Of a DNA stretch of 64,000 nucleotides, positions 29,515-39,107 are shown piece after piece. Made by a program: the position numbers and the translations under genes. The first letter of the stretch is position 1; the number at the start of each line of letters is the position of its first letter. Below the pieces are notes generated by a model. That model was not told where the DNA came from. It did no database searches and saw nothing but the letters and a program-made list of their open reading frames with translations. Source of the DNA: a virus; the IMG/VR virus record IMGVR_UViG_3300036939_000082, positions 1-64,000 of that record. One strand, 5' to 3'.

Positions 29515-30507
29515 CTATTTTGGTTCATATAAGATCGCAGATTCAATGTCTGAATAAAAATGACTGCTCGATTCTGAATTAACAAAAACACCTGAAGGCA
29601 CCCAGCCAGATTTGACAAAATTTATCGCCACCAGCCTAGAGTATCCCTCGGATTCCAGCCAAGATACTAAGGACTCAGCAGAATTAAACACGGGCGAGAT
29701 GGGACTTCCTTCACTGACTGTTTCCCAGATTTGCCATCCTTCCCCGGCAGGTGGCTCAACTTTGACCCAGTTTTCATGTAGGGTCTTCAGTTGTTCGGAT
29801 TGCCAAAGAACTCTTTCGCCGTTGCAACGATCGCAAGCTAGATCGATACCCAGCCTTTTGCATTTAGCTTCAATACAGATAAAAGCATTTATTGAATCGT
29901 ATCCCCCGAATTTTGCAACAGACCAGCGGTTAACTTCAATTGCCGAAGGAACGTGCAGGCGCACGTCATCTGGTTCTAACAACTCCATTTCGCACTCGTG
30001 TTTGTTGCAAAAACAAGACAACCTTCCAGTCTGAGAAACAAATTCTTTTCCTACAGGACACCAAAAACCTTTAGTTTCCCATTTTTTGTTCTGCCAACCC
30101 GAACCGGGAACAAATTTATGAGTAAAGTCAAACAATCCGTTGTTTGTACAAAGACTGTAAACATCGTCTTGGTCTAAGTTGTAGCTCCAGCAAGAATTAA
30201 AATGTGCTGCCAACCGTCTAGCTTCATAATGAACTGTTAATTCAGATACTTCTCGATCCTTGAAATTATTTTTTGCACATTTTATTACCTCTTCATCTTC
30301 AGAAGTCCACCGACTACTTCCTGTCATGCTTGGATCGAAATCCGATCGACCGTACCATTGGTTTCGCAACTCTCTTGCGCCGGGACTGTAACCAGATCCT
30401 TCGCAATAAGGACATTCACAAGAATCATACGGGTTAAAGTATCCGTACCAAGTCTTGTTTAACGGCTAATCAAAATCCAACGAAACTCGCTTAATTTCTC
30501 TGCCCAT
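29515..30507 (-). pseudogene. Conserved phage protein (CxxCxGxG) with in-frame TAG at codon 14
   Basis: MGREIKRVSLDFD*PLNKTWYGYFNP...CPYCEGSGYS continues in frame into ORF 29515-30369; TAG at 30466-30468. Confidence 0.7.
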
Positions 30508-30613
30508 GTGACAATTCCTTATTTTTGTTATTTAAAGTGTACTATTAAATCATACTATTTTTATAACAAAAATCTATATTTTCTGGATTTTAAAAATCTG
30601 TGTTAGTATTGTA

Positions 30614-31051
30614 TTGCTTGTTGCACTTGGAATTTCTATGGATTTTTTAAAAAGCAATAGTTATATATTGTTGGGTAGCGTACCTGAAGACAGACAACCC
30701 GAGTATTTCAGAACGCTTTGCTGTGAAGTTGAATCTACAGACAAGAAACATAGATTTCAAAATATTGCTTTAACCCGCAAACAATTAAAAATGTTGCGAG
30801 ACATGATCGATCAGCTTTTGACTGATGAAGATGAGTCTGAAGTAATATCATCAGATCGCCAGCTATTGCAAGAAATGGAAGCATTGGTGCAAACTGCAAT
30901 AGATGGGTCTACCAATTTTGATGATATCTGGGATTCTTTTTGGAATATAAAAAAACAGATAGACACATACGTGGATTATTGCGATCCAGACACAAGTTCC
31001 GAAGAGGACATCATGGCTTATTTAAATGCAGCAAGAGAACAGATTAAGTAA
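30614..31051 (+). CDS. Hypothetical protein
   Basis: 145-aa ORF. Confidence 0.55.
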   Translation: MLVALGISMDFLKSNSYILLGSVPEDRQPEYFRTLCCEVESTDKKHRFQNIALTRKQLKMLRDMIDQLLTDEDESEVISSDRQLLQEMEALVQTAIDGSTNFDDIWDSFWNIKKQIDTYVDYCDPDTSSEEDIMAYLNAAREQIK

Positions 31052-31133
31052 GACTTTTGTTAAAGTTCAAAATAGAAAGCGGGCGATCGGATAATTCGAT
31101 CGCCCGCATTTTTTAACCTGTTACTTGTGGGTG

Positions 31134-31385
31134 TTATGTGTTAATTTCTGATTCAGTTAGCCAATTTTCAGAGTCAGAAAAAAACATTAAAAGTTCTTTG
31201 TTTGTTGTGTAACTTGGATCTGAAATCTTAAACGTAAATCCTCTGTCGGTAACAGAATGTAGCCAAAAACCTGTCCTTGTTTCGCCAAGAGAGTCATTGT
31301 AATCCCACTCTATATATTTAAGATCGATCGGACGAAAAGTGAAATTACCAACACGAACTAAATTACGCGGATTGATTTTTTCCAT
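31134..31385 (-). CDS. Hypothetical protein
   Basis: 83-aa ORF with a TTGACG-N17-TATGAT promoter upstream. Confidence 0.55.
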   Translation of the reverse strand: MEKINPRNLVRVGNFTFRPIDLKYIEWDYNDSLGETRTGFWLHSVTDRGFTFKISDPSYTTNKELLMFFSDSENWLTESEINT

Positions 31386-31733
31386 TTTACTTGTTTTGTG
31401 CTTTTGGTGCTTGCTTATTTAAAAACTATCATAACTTAACTCAAATAAAACGTCAATACACAAAATTAAATTATCTAATGATACAAAAAAGATAGAAAAG
31501 ATATTAAATCTTAGTTCAGGGCAAGAAGAATAATTTCAAACAAAAGTGGGTGATCGGATAATCCGATCGCCCGCTTTCTTATTCTAAATTATTCTTGAAC
31601 CAGTCAATTACAGGTTCCCATTCGCTGTTTCGAGCAGACTCACAAATACCAAACGGAACGTAGATTGTCAATCCTTTCCCTGTCGGCTTTGGTCCAGGTT
31701 TTTTACTGCGTCGCCGAGACAGGGAAAGGTGGA

Positions 31734-32039
31734 CTAGCCCAAAGGGAGTACAGTACCCCTTTTGTATGTGGGCGAATTAGAGTGAACTACGATGCCACCC
31801 CCAGCTTTCGGATCGTACACGGCGATCGCATCAAACAAATTTTTGACAGAAAGTGCAACAGCCTCGTTCGCCCACATGGGCATCCCCGACACAATCACTA
31901 CACCTCCGCCACGAACCTCCGGCACTGTAAAATTTTCGAGTTCGGCGATCGTCAGCGGGTTTTGAGCATTGACGGGATTGCCGTCTTTCAAAATCTCTAA
32001 CAGCGTCACACCGTTGTTTTCAGTCACTTTAACTTCCAT
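31734..32039 (-). CDS. csx3: Csx3/Crn3-like protein (cyclic oligoadenylate ring-nuclease fold)
   Basis: GVVIVSGMPMW ... AVYDPK.GGGIVVHS ... G.V matches the Csx3 pattern GVVISGR.PIW ... AVYDPRLGAVVV.SH ... GDV; about 100 aa. Confidence 0.75.
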   Translation of the reverse strand: MEVKVTENNGVTLLEILKDGNPVNAQNPLTIAELENFTVPEVRGGGVVIVSGMPMWANEAVALSVKNLFDAIAVYDPKAGGGIVVHSNSPTYKRGTVLPLG

Positions 32040-32070
32040 AACTCTTACCTAAACTTGAATCAGTACATTT

Positions 32071-32099
32071 ATCTTAGACGGTTGCAAGCCAGGTGTCAA
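32071..32099 (-). promoter_or_regulatory. Strong sigma70-type promoter of the csx3-like gene
   Basis: TTGACA-N17-TAAGAT on the minus strand. Confidence 0.65.
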
Positions 32100-32143
32100 T
32101 ATTTATCTAATACAATTTTAGTGGCAGCGTTGGTCTAAGATGG

Positions 32144-32585
32144 TAGATATGACAAACCAACCGCGTTTCGGGCGATCGGTTTATACAAAGAGTTTTACCA
32201 GAACAACCAGATAGAAATAAGCTCAGCAATACACTGACCTATTCCAACACCAGGAACTATAGCTAATACTGACATTAATATTAATTCATCTTCAGTAAGC
32301 ACCCACAGGGGTTGATTTAAAAAACAGAAAAACAAAACTAAACAATGAAGCAAGAGGAATACCAAATTAGAAATGGTTGCTTGAATCTGAAGACTACGAA
32401 TAGCGCGATTGTATTGCTCTTTAGACATTTCAAGTTCTCCTAAATGAGTGTTTGGCATCAAAAATTTAGTCAAATTATAGCAATTGTTGTGAAAATCTAC
32501 AAAATTTTGGGATGTTACCTACTATAGCTTGCGATAAAATTAATAGATACGGCAAACCGATCGCGTTTCGGGCGATCGGTTTGTA
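32144..32585 (+). repeat. Direct repeats (HIP1 hairpins) flanking gene 32195-32473
   Basis: CGCGTTTCGGGCGATCGGTTT at 32162 and 32562 within about 40-bp similar segments; the second copy forms a 12-bp perfect stem. Confidence 0.85.
32195..32473 (-). CDS. Two-TM membrane protein
   Basis: Hydrophobic C-terminal half. Confidence 0.55.
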   Translation of the reverse strand: MTKFLMPNTHLGELEMSKEQYNRAIRSLQIQATISNLVFLLLHCLVLFFCFLNQPLWVLTEDELILMSVLAIVPGVGIGQCIAELISIWLFW

Positions 32586-32614
32586 TAAGCCAAATTACTT
32601 TCATCGCAAGTAAA

Positions 32615-33409
32615 ATGACCAACATTATTGTAAGCATTCCAGACGAAATCCGCAACGAATTCCGAGTTGATGTCGACGGTAAAGCATTTGTGTCTATCAG
32701 AGGGGCTGCACGGATTGCAGATGTCACCCATGTTGCACTTCTTAAGGCGTTTGAAGGTGGTAACAAAAATCCTAGCAAACTTGCTCAAATGCTTATGGAT
32801 GCAGGATTTGAACCTGGTAACTTTTCTGAAACTGGTATCCCAGACATCGCGCTGTCGATCCTCCTCAAATATTACGCATTTAAAGCAAATCGTACTACAG
32901 AACAAGCTGAGCGCTTCTATGATGCTATGAGTGCGGTCGGTACGCGCACTTGGATACAGCAACAACTTGGTTGGAACCCTATACTAAGCCAAGCTCCATA
33001 CTGGTATCAGCGTTTAGTTCTATTCTTGGCTCAAAACAAAGTGCCTGCCGGCTACTTTTCAATATTCCAAGAAACGATCGCCCTCGTTGGAGATTTGGAG
33101 ACAGCAGGCTATGTACTACCCGATAATGCAATCCCCGATATTTCTATCGGGAAATGTTGGGCAAATCACTTGCGAGCTGAAAAAATAAACCCCAGCGATG
33201 TAGCAATCAATTACCCACATCAATATCCGGGTTGGGCGCACCCGGTGGATGCCAACGCCTATCCTGAAGAAATGCTGCCAAAATTCAGAAAGTGGTTCCG
33301 GGAAACCTACAAACCCGTCAAACTTCCCGCTTACCTCGCAGGCAAAGATAGCAATGCGCTGCCCGCGCTCAGCAAAATGCTCGATATCCCGATCGCCCTC
33401 TTGAAATAG
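32615..33409 (+). CDS. BstA-like protein (KilA-N-like N-terminus plus BstA-type C-terminal domain)
   Basis: VPAGYFSIF.E ... PDISIG..W ... Y.H.YP ... YP...L.KFR.W..E.Y, as recalled for BstA homologues. Confidence 0.6.
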   Translation: MTNIIVSIPDEIRNEFRVDVDGKAFVSIRGAARIADVTHVALLKAFEGGNKNPSKLAQMLMDAGFEPGNFSETGIPDIALSILLKYYAFKANRTTEQAERFYDAMSAVGTRTWIQQQLGWNPILSQAPYWYQRLVLFLAQNKVPAGYFSIFQETIALVGDLETAGYVLPDNAIPDISIGKCWANHLRAEKINPSDVAINYPHQYPGWAHPVDANAYPEEMLPKFRKWFRETYKPVKLPAYLAGKDSNALPALSKMLDIPIALLK

Positions 33410-33476
33410 TTTCCGCAATTTAGACAACAAAAAGCCTTGGAATCCAATAAATTCCAAGGCTTTTTAACCTAGATTA

Positions 33477-34103
33477 TCAATCTGGGTTTTGATACTCGAC
33501 ACAAATATTGCAACTTGGTAGCTTGCTTTGCAACCACGCTACATCCGTATTTTTGAGCTTATTGTCTTCAAGAAATAAGTGTTTCAAAACAGTCAAAGAT
33601 GCTAGTGGTTCAATGTTACTAATTTGATTTTGATTGAGACTAAGTACGTTTAAATTAGTCAAGGAAGCTAGCGGCTCAATGTCGATGATTTTATTGGCTC
33701 CAAGCCACAACTTCGTTATAGTCTTCAAAGAAGCTAGCGGTTTAAGATCGCTAATTTGATTACCTCCAATGCCAAGCCAAATCAAATTACTCAAGGATGT
33801 TAACGGCTTAAGATCGCTAATTTGGTTGTTTCCTAAAAACAGGTATCTCAACTTAGTCAAAGATGTTAGCGGTTCAAGATCGCTGATTTGATTGGCTCCA
33901 AGACCAAGCAAATCTAGGTCAGTCAAAAATGCTAGCGGTTTAAGATCGTCGATCTTATTATTCACAATGTAGACGGTCTTCAGATTAACTAAAGATTTTA
34001 GCGGTTCAAGATCGCTAACTTGTCTGCTTGAAATGTCAATTTCTGTCAAGGTATTCAAATCACTAAATTGATCCAAAATCTTTTGAGTGTGCTTAGCTGT
34101 CAT
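33477..34103 (-). CDS. Stand-alone internalin-type leucine-rich repeat protein
   Basis: About seven 22-aa LxxLxLxxNQISDLxPL repeats. Confidence 0.9.
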   Translation of the reverse strand: MTAKHTQKILDQFSDLNTLTEIDISSRQVSDLEPLKSLVNLKTVYIVNNKIDDLKPLAFLTDLDLLGLGANQISDLEPLTSLTKLRYLFLGNNQISDLKPLTSLSNLIWLGIGGNQISDLKPLASLKTITKLWLGANKIIDIEPLASLTNLNVLSLNQNQISNIEPLASLTVLKHLFLEDNKLKNTDVAWLQSKLPSCNICVEYQNPD

Positions 34104-34255
34104 TGTTTTGGTTTACGTGTTCAACATTATACTTTAATTGTAGCATACCGATCGCCCGTATTTCGATCGCCCGCTTAAAATAGAATCGTCCAATAAATCT
34201 GAATTTCTCAACTATTTGTGATAAACTGAATTTAAGACATCACCCAATTAATAAT

Positions 34256-34513
34256 ATGTTGATCGCCCAACCTCCAGAAAATTTCCCTATCCGCGTCTAC
34301 TATTCAGAATCTGAATACAAATGGTATTGGCAGTACGAATACAAAGGCGAATTTTGGGAAGGCTTCGGCTTTGATTCAGAGAAAGAAGCCCTAGAGTATG
34401 GCATTAAGTACGTAAAATCGCAACTTCTTGCCCATAAGCGACAAGCTCAACAGAAAATGGAGGAAGCTAGTTCGTGCTTGGAACAATTAGAACAACAAGT
34501 AGGGCGGCTTTAA
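34256..34513 (+). CDS. Hypothetical protein
   Basis: 85-aa ORF. Confidence 0.55.
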   Translation: MLIAQPPENFPIRVYYSESEYKWYWQYEYKGEFWEGFGFDSEKEALEYGIKYVKSQLLAHKRQAQQKMEEASSCLEQLEQQVGRL

Positions 34514-34565
34514 GAAAACTGTTTTAAATCTACAGCGAGTGGAGATCGCCATTTGTCGCTCAAAA

Positions 34566-34925
34566 TTAACTTTGCTCATTTTGTTTTTCTAAACCAACAT
34601 CAACGATCGCCAGTCGATTTAAAAAAGACTGGCGATTTTCTATTACAGATTTCCCGGTTTTTGTAATTTGATAATATTTCCGTCGTACCCCTTCTAATTC
34701 ATCGCCCCATCTAGGAGTTATCCAACCTTTTTTTTCAAATTCTCTAAGAGTTGGATACAAAGATACTGGATTGTATTTTATTGTATTATTTGTCGCATTA
34801 CTGATAATACGAGCTATCTCTAAACCATACAAGGCTTGACCGTACAGGCTCCGAAGGATAGCTTCTTCTTTGGTTGTTATATCAGAAATTTTACTATTAG
34901 GCATACTACACAGTATATATAACAA
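34566..34925 (-). CDS. PadR-family transcription regulator
   Basis: LYGLEI ... SLYPTL..FEKKGWI ... RRKYY.IT.TG. Confidence 0.85.
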   Translation of the reverse strand: MLYILCSMPNSKISDITTKEEAILRSLYGQALYGLEIARIISNATNNTIKYNPVSLYPTLREFEKKGWITPRWGDELEGVRRKYYQITKTGKSVIENRQSFLNRLAIVDVGLEKQNEQS

Positions 34926-35033
34926 GTTTTTACTTAAGTCAATATATCGCTAACAGTAACTTTTTGCAATTTTTTCGTCCGTTTAAAAATAAAGGCACTA
35001 ACCTCAAAGATAGAAATCTTAATACTTTGCCAA

Positions 35034-36107
35034 ATGACTCCCACCGCTGGTAATCCCAGTTCTCCGGCAGACGCAGCCACTCTAGGCTCCATCAGCCCAG
35101 CCTCTTCAGGCAAACTAGCCAACGCTATTCCAGTCAAAGAAGTTCGATCGTCAACCGTTAAATACGGCGACTTCACTCCCTCAAACCTGCCGACGCTACC
35201 GTTTGGGCTTTACTACCAACCGACAGACGACGAACCAACAGAAAGGTTGAGGGATTACACGCTGGTCGAAAACCTCGACACAGGAGCCTACAGCGGACTG
35301 ATATCGAGAATGATGGAAAAACAGAGGCCGTCGTTTGAAAGAATTGTCAAGATAGCTTCTGAATTTCTTGCAAGAGCTGTTACTCATTTTGGAAAATACC
35401 CGATCGCCGAGATCGCAAAAAAAATGAGCGTCACTCCCGAAATACTCATCCAGCGGATGTACCGGGAAGATGTTGTCACTTTGATTTTTGCCTGTCGCCT
35501 GAAAGTCGTGGGTTCGTCGTGCGATTTTCAGGGCGACATAAAACCCGAGCAGCAGCCGAGAACGCCGTTTGACTACGCGATCGACACTGAATGCGGCTGC
35601 GAAGACGCAAAACGGATCAAGTACGACCCGCGAGAAACGGGAGACTACTCCCTCCGGCTCGTCGAAATAAAACTGTACGAAACCGACTCGATCGCCAAAC
35701 CAGTTTTTGAAATAACACTGCCGCGCGGATTTTCTGACGGAGGCAAGACAAAAATTACTAAGCTTTTTGTGGAACCGCTGAAATGGTTTCAACTGGGAAA
35801 AGTTGTCAGCAAAGAACAAGAAGGCAGCGACGATTTTAAAATCATGCAGGAAATGATCGTTGCCGTACCTGAAAGCGAAATCTACGGGCAGTCCAAAACT
35901 TCTAACCCATTTTGCAAAGAACTTTACAACGCAATGTCGATCGCCGACATTAAAGCGGTAGGGATGGGCATAAAAAATCTGCTAGATATAGGGCCCGGTC
36001 AGACGTTTCAAATTTTTTGCTATCACTGTCAAAAAAACGTACAGCACCAAATTCCTTGGCCCTCGCTCGCCCAGTTCATTTATAGTACCGACGAGTTGAC
36101 AGGCTAA
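35034..36107 (+). CDS. Tail/baseplate assembly chaperone (T4 gp26-like)
   Basis: C-terminal MSIADI..V......GP......CYHC motif, internal CGC, GC-rich like the other structural genes. Confidence 0.5.
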   Translation: MTPTAGNPSSPADAATLGSISPASSGKLANAIPVKEVRSSTVKYGDFTPSNLPTLPFGLYYQPTDDEPTERLRDYTLVENLDTGAYSGLISRMMEKQRPSFERIVKIASEFLARAVTHFGKYPIAEIAKKMSVTPEILIQRMYREDVVTLIFACRLKVVGSSCDFQGDIKPEQQPRTPFDYAIDTECGCEDAKRIKYDPRETGDYSLRLVEIKLYETDSIAKPVFEITLPRGFSDGGKTKITKLFVEPLKWFQLGKVVSKEQEGSDDFKIMQEMIVAVPESEIYGQSKTSNPFCKELYNAMSIADIKAVGMGIKNLLDIGPGQTFQIFCYHCQKNVQHQIPWPSLAQFIYSTDELTG

Positions 36108-36793
36108 TGAACGACTCTTTTCGATTTAATGCGGTATGGGAGCAAATAGCCCGAGTTGAGGAAGAATTCAAGAAAGATACCAAAAACGACTCAACTACAA
36201 AAGGGGAAATTTCGGTTGTCATGCGGGAAGATACTCCCAATGCCAAAATTAGAACTGTTTTTTCCTCGTTCTTAACGGTAGAGCTAAGAGAAAAACCCAG
36301 CAATCAACTATTTGCAGAATTGCGGGCGATCGTGCAACCTGCAATTCTAAGCAGTACCCGAAACGTAGATACGGCAACCGAAATTCTTCTCGAACGCGAA
36401 AACAACTCAGTTTTTATTTCGACCACCACTCTAAAAATGTGGTTTGTAGATGTTCGGACAGCCGAAATAGTAGCCCAAAAAATCGGGCGCAGGAAAGAAG
36501 ATTCGCTGGCGATCGCGTTGGAAAAATTGAAAGTTTCAGTTTCGCGCTTTGTAAACAACAACCATACTTTAGACGTTCACCTAAAGAATGGCAACCTCAG
36601 CACGATCAAGCGAATCAAACATTCTATCGATTTAGAAAAAGAGCTGGGTCTGCCAAGTTTGAAAAAAACTTTGCACGATAATTTGTTTGACAGCCGTACT
36701 CAGAATCAGTGCGAGTTAACGGCCCTTATTCGAGGCGGAAAGTTTGAACGCTGCGAAAAAGCGAGTCGCGAAGAGTTCAATTGCCGAGCTTGA
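36107..36793 (+). CDS. Hypothetical protein
   Basis: 228-aa ORF; TAATG overlap. Confidence 0.55.
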   Translation: MNDSFRFNAVWEQIARVEEEFKKDTKNDSTTKGEISVVMREDTPNAKIRTVFSSFLTVELREKPSNQLFAELRAIVQPAILSSTRNVDTATEILLERENNSVFISTTTLKMWFVDVRTAEIVAQKIGRRKEDSLAIALEKLKVSVSRFVNNNHTLDVHLKNGNLSTIKRIKHSIDLEKELGLPSLKKTLHDNLFDSRTQNQCELTALIRGGKFERCEKASREEFNCRA

Positions 36794-36796
36794 ACA

Positions 36797-38188
36797 CTAC
36801 CAGAGAATTGGCTCCTCCTCCTCGTATTTTTCGACAATTACGGCTTTCGCAGGTTCAACTGCGGAGGCTTTTTCAATTTCAGCAATATTAGCAGCCAAGA
36901 TTTCTTCTGCCTTGGTCGGTCTGCCAAATCTTTTATTGAGGAGCGATCGCGCCCTTTCTCTCGCCGCCAAACTTTCTGGGGTCGGTGCATACGGGTCTGC
37001 CGCTTCCTCTTCCTCCGTCGCTGGATCTAAATCTGTACCCGTCGTCGGTTCGAGTTCCGGAAGTGAAGTCTCAACGCAAGCGATCGCGTAGGTCGGTAAA
37101 TTGTTGGCGATCGCCCGTTCCTTCGGTACTCCCAGCTCAACCTGTCGCGTCGCATCTTCGATCGCCCGCTCCAATCCCAATTTCACAGCATTCGCCACCG
37201 CCGCCACGACTGGCAGTCTCCGCAACTGCCCCGCTGCATTTTTGGCCGCCTCTGTTGTCGTCGCGCCGACTTTGTTAATGCAATCCTGGGCGATCGCCTC
37301 AGCTACTACCTGTTCCGGCACTCCCCGCAGCCTGAAGCCCGGGGGAACCAAGCGACTGCCCAATTCCTCACCGGAAATAAACTCTTCCCACAATAGGGCC
37401 ACACTAGCTTCTGGAACTTTCGCCTTAGACTCGCGCATGACCCAGTTGGCATATCCCTCGGGGGAATCGATGTCTACCCGCTGGTAGCAGTATTCCAAAA
37501 GTCTCTCAAAAAATAATTGTCGCTCAACCGGACTCGACCGCACGGAACACCGATCTTTTTCCAAAAATTCATTTTTTTTGAGAAGTTCGGCAACCACCTT
37601 TGCTTCCAGCAGACTGTCTTCAAGCAACCTCTTCTCTTCGTTCTCTTTTTCTATTTCTAAAAATTTATCAATAGTTCCGCCCGCTTCTCCGGGAGAGATT
37701 TCTTGAAAAACTTTTTTTGAAGATGTATCTTGATATGATTTGCGCTCAGTCGCGAGATCGATAGGATCATTTTCGGGTGATCGATTTGACGGTTTTGCGC
37801 AAATCGAGAGCGGCGCACCTTTCAGCAATTCAGCCAGCTTTTCGTAGCTGACTGCGTAGTATTTACATTGGTCAAAATAATTAGCCCTCAGTTGGCGGAC
37901 GACAATCAAGCCCAGCTTCTCAAGTCGAGCAAATATGCGGCGGAGTTTGTGGGCGCTCAGCCAGGGGAAGTTTCCCAGCCAGTCTACCTGCTTGCCGTGA
38001 GACTTGTTTAGTTTGCGCGGGTTGGTGCAGAGGATCGGGTTGCGAATCATTTTTATGCCGTCGGGAGCGATCGTCCCGCTCATCGCTGGGTTCTCGACGC
38101 ACCACTGAAGTTTGTTGAAGATTACTGCTTCCTCAAGTCCGATAGCGGCCGCTAGGTCTGGGCTGAAAAATCCTAATTCTTGAGACAT
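36797..38188 (-). CDS. Replication initiator / replisome organiser (N-terminal winged helix)
   Basis: AAAIGLEEAVIF.KL.W ... W...FPWLS...LRR....LEKLGLI ... D..KYY.V.YE.L pattern of phage/plasmid Rep proteins. Confidence 0.7.
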   Translation of the reverse strand: MSQELGFFSPDLAAAIGLEEAVIFNKLQWCVENPAMSGTIAPDGIKMIRNPILCTNPRKLNKSHGKQVDWLGNFPWLSAHKLRRIFARLEKLGLIVVRQLRANYFDQCKYYAVSYEKLAELLKGAPLSICAKPSNRSPENDPIDLATERKSYQDTSSKKVFQEISPGEAGGTIDKFLEIEKENEEKRLLEDSLLEAKVVAELLKKNEFLEKDRCSVRSSPVERQLFFERLLEYCYQRVDIDSPEGYANWVMRESKAKVPEASVALLWEEFISGEELGSRLVPPGFRLRGVPEQVVAEAIAQDCINKVGATTTEAAKNAAGQLRRLPVVAAVANAVKLGLERAIEDATRQVELGVPKERAIANNLPTYAIACVETSLPELEPTTGTDLDPATEEEEAADPYAPTPESLAARERARSLLNKRFGRPTKAEEILAANIAEIEKASAVEPAKAVIVEKYEEEEPILW

Positions 38189-38296
38189 GGGGATTACCTA
38201 CAAGCTGGGTTTGCTTGGTTGGGCGCGATCGGTGCCACTTGTAGGTAGATTCTTAGATTTAGCTTGACATTTGAAGAAATGTGCTACAATCTTAAT

Positions 38297-38392
38297 TGAG
38301 ATTACCTACTCGTTCCTACAAGTGGTGTTCGTCGCACCCAAACAACTTTTGCAAGAAGCCCCGCTATTCGACTAGCGGGGCTTCTTGTTTTT
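38297..38392 (+). ncRNA. Putative antisense (countertranscript) RNA to the rep leader
   Basis: TTGACA and extended -10 TGTGCTACAAT (38280-38290), then a 15-bp-stem terminator at 38352-38392, antisense to the rep 5' UTR. Confidence 0.6.
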
Positions 38393-38467
38393 GATAGTAA
38401 CACAGGTTTGCCGGATAGCCCAAAAATTTGCAGGGGGCGGGGGCAATCGGGCAAAACCTTAAATCTG

Positions 38468-38953
38468 TCATAACATATCTTTTGAGTAACTGAAATTGTG
38501 AAATTTTAGCAATTCAGGTGAATCAAAATTTATATCAGTCAATTCTGGTATTTCTAAGATAGGGAATATTGACCGAAGATATAGAACTGATTGAACGTAT
38601 AAATTTTCATCAGTCCAAAATGCTTTATTGTGAGCTACGTTATGGAATCCTGCGTTTTGTATCTTTGCAACGTGAGCTACGTTATGGAGTCCCGCGTTTT
38701 GTATGACTGCAAATGGTTGACCTTCAAACCACGCAGTTGCCAATTGCCAATATTTTATACTATCTTCTTGGCGATAAAGTGCTTTTATTTCTATCTTTTC
38801 ATTATTTTTAATGAAACCTGTGTGATTTATGTAGTTTGATGTATGTGCAAATTCGTGTATGTGACACACAAAATCTTTTAACTTAAAACTTGTTGATTGA
38901 GGAGTTAATCGATAAAGTTCGGCAATATTCATGATTTTAAGAGTGTTTGCCAT
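38468..38953 (-). CDS. Hypothetical protein with a 42-bp internal tandem duplication
   Basis: IQNAGLHNVAHVAK-IQNAGFHNVAH; flanked by 25-bp identical repeats at 38389 and 38980. Confidence 0.6.
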   Translation of the reverse strand: MANTLKIMNIAELYRLTPQSTSFKLKDFVCHIHEFAHTSNYINHTGFIKNNEKIEIKALYRQEDSIKYWQLATAWFEGQPFAVIQNAGLHNVAHVAKIQNAGFHNVAHNKAFWTDENLYVQSVLYLRSIFPILEIPELTDINFDSPELLKFHNFSYSKDML

Positions 38954-39107
38954 TTCTAAATGGGATTTGGTCTGCGTTGTTTTGATAGTAACACAGGTTT
39001 GCCGATCGCCCCTAAGATTCCGCGACGACGGACGATCGCCTTTTACGATCGCCTTTTTAGGACAAAACCCGGCGATCGGTTGATCGCCGGGTTTTGCTAT
39101 GGTTTTC

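Noticed and set aside
29515-30507. Genome-wide TAG recoding
   Set aside because: Only one case, one base from TGG; many genes end cleanly at TAG with no conserved extension evident.
33477-34103. Non-coding tandem repeat array
   Set aside because: The 66-bp periodicity is fully explained by LRR coding.
38630-38704. CRISPR array
   Set aside because: Two adjacent in-frame copies with no spacers; no array was found anywhere in the window.
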